From Aureliella sp. (GTDB taxonomy: Bacteria; Planctomycetota; Planctomycetia; Pirellulales; Pirellulaceae): 64,000 nt of DNA. Both the position numbers and the translations under genes were made by a program. The notes under the pieces were generated by a model. That model saw nothing but the letters and a program-made list of their open reading frames with translations. It was not told the origin of the DNA and searched no databases. The stretch covers positions 224,001 through 288,000 of the forward strand of contig OY829846.1 of NCBI GenBank assembly GCA_963691875.1, read 5' to 3'. Positions 62,640-64,000 of the stretch are shown here, piece by piece (the first letter of the stretch is position 1; every line of letters starts with the position of its first letter).

Positions 62640-62970
62640 GCGTTTCTAGTTTGAGGTTGATCGCTACGTCGTATTGCGGACGTTCTGTGCTGAAGACGAA
62701 CTGCGGGAATTGACGGAAAACGTAGATCGGTTCGTCAAGGAAGCTGTACCGAGGCTTTTTCCAGAATCTGTGGTCTACGAGAGCAGAAATCTCGCTTCAA
62801 TGATCAAACAAGTTCAGCAACTCGGACGGCATGATCGTTGGTTCGAGAGTATGCCGTTCACAGCGGATGTCACGTGAGCAATCGCTAGGACTATTCTCAG
62901 GCTGGGGTATTTTGTGGGAAGCACCGCCAAAATCCGATTGGTGCAAACAAAGGGCAAGATGGTCTTCGTG
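62640..62970 (+). pseudogene. Phytanoyl-CoA dioxygenase (PhyH)-like N-terminal remnant
   Basis: F*FEVDRYVVLRTF..EDELRELTENVDRFVKEAVP...VYE...KQVQQLGRHDRWF, with a later out-of-frame QDG; stops and frameshifts. Confidence 0.5.
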
Positions 62971-63387
62971 CCGCAAAAGACGGTTGGATTGCTGCTCTTT
63001 CGACATCGCAGAGTGCCTCTCTCGTTACGCCGAAAATTCGAAGTGGGCAGCTAATTGGACTCGTCGGGTAGAAATGGTTCGCAGGAATTTCAGTGCTTGG
63101 GAAAGTGTTTCTCTTGAGGGGGTAGGAGATCAAAGGGCCAGAGAACGAAAAGGGGCGGTTGCATGATGCCCGTGATACAGATGAGTGACTGCAGCAAATT
63201 GAGCGAACATTGCAAAAATTTCTGGGAACGATTGCGGGCAGCAGGCGTCTGTTCTCCCAACATCTGATTTGTCAGATATATTTTCGTGAAAGTGTGGCAA
63301 TCGCATCGCAAAAGAGATCTTGGAGCCAATGCTCGGTGGCATCACGCTCAACGACAGACCCAGCAACTCTTCGTCAAGGAAGTTTCC

Positions 63388-64000
63388 ATGTTTCGCTACG
63401 TCTCCGTTTCCCCGCGATTTTGGGCTCCAGTGCTCATCCTCGTCTTCTCGGGAGTCGCTGTCACGGCGACGCTGCAAGAAACCGATCCCAACAAGCTCTT
63501 TGAGAAAGCAAAGTCAGAGCAAACCGATGGGAATTATCAGGATGCGGCGAAGATTTACCGCCGCTTAATTGATAGCGCCGAAACATCCGAATACATCGTC
63601 GCAGAGTCCTTGCCTCGCATTCAGCAGTGTTATCGTTCTCTGCGGACAGAATCCGAGCTAGATGCGACACTTGAGTCGGCAACGACTACCCACGTCAAGA
63701 AGCCTAGGGTGCTGGTAGCTGCCGGATCGGTCATCATGAGCGCGTCGCACTATGGAGTAGTTGCAGACAGTAAGTTCACGCGAGGCTACAATCCGCGGCG
63801 CCGCGTTTCGGGGGCTTCGCTAAACTGCGCTGAACAAGATCGGCAGCGCGCTATTAACTGGACGTTGCAGGCTATCTCACTGGCAAAGAAAAAGGACCGG
63901 TCACCGAGATGGTATTTGATCTTGGCCAACTATCTTTCCTATAGCCGTAGTGGGACCATGGCGTGGCGTCTTCAGTCGCTCACCGATTTGGATGAAATTC
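63388..64000 (+). CDS. Large secreted protein, N-terminus only; probably alpha-2-macroglobulin/MG2 family (runs off window)
   Basis: AAGGA RBS, ATG 63388, signal peptide MFRYVSVSPRFWAPVLILVFSGVAV, DGNYQDA..IY, HYGVVADSKFTRG, DRQRAI. Frame is open to the window end and absent from the ORF track. Confidence 0.65.
   Translation, partial: MFRYVSVSPRFWAPVLILVFSGVAVTATLQETDPNKLFEKAKSEQTDGNYQDAAKIYRRLIDSAETSEYIVAESLPRIQQCYRSLRTESELDATLESATTTHVKKPRVLVAAGSVIMSASHYGVVADSKFTRGYNPRRRVSGASLNCAEQDRQRAINWTLQAISLAKKKDRSPRWYLILANYLSYSRSGTMAWRLQSLTDLDEI

Overview
Bacterial chromosomal window, almost certainly from a planctomycete (Pirellulales-like): it has DUF1592 cytochrome and DUF1559 prepilin-like genes, many sulfatases, a PEP-CTERM protein and a planctomycete-type palindromic repeat. 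It begins with core-like genes (hom, apgM-type mutase, YhaO/YhaN SbcDC-like pair, HTTM pair) and continues as an accessory mosaic of sulfatases, peptidases and glycan enzymes. The long intergenic gaps are largely decayed genes that the ORF track misses. Highlights: (1) a decayed tRNA-like array (Phe-, Ala-, Thr/Ile- and possibly Tyr-like) followed by an RNA ligase pseudogene at 11.4-13.0 kb; (2) a compact island at 27.6-34.0 kb combining an AlkP-TPR-sulfotransferase fusion, a PEP-CTERM surface protein behind triple operator-like repeats, and a flavin-dependent tryptophan-type halogenase, bordered by a transposase remnant; this is a candidate surface-protein or metabolite halogenation/sulfation system; (3) a Fur/Zur-CobW metal-starvation operon with two paralogous unknown proteins, whose TGCA-N7-TGCA palindrome recurs upstream of a DUF1559 plus His-rich gene pair; (4) a ~2180-codon sulfatase-sialidase-acetylesterase-sulfatase reading frame broken only by two in-frame TAG codons; (5) a signal-peptide-bearing ClpP-like gene broken by one TAA. 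All family assignments come from motif recognition by eye; no searches were run.
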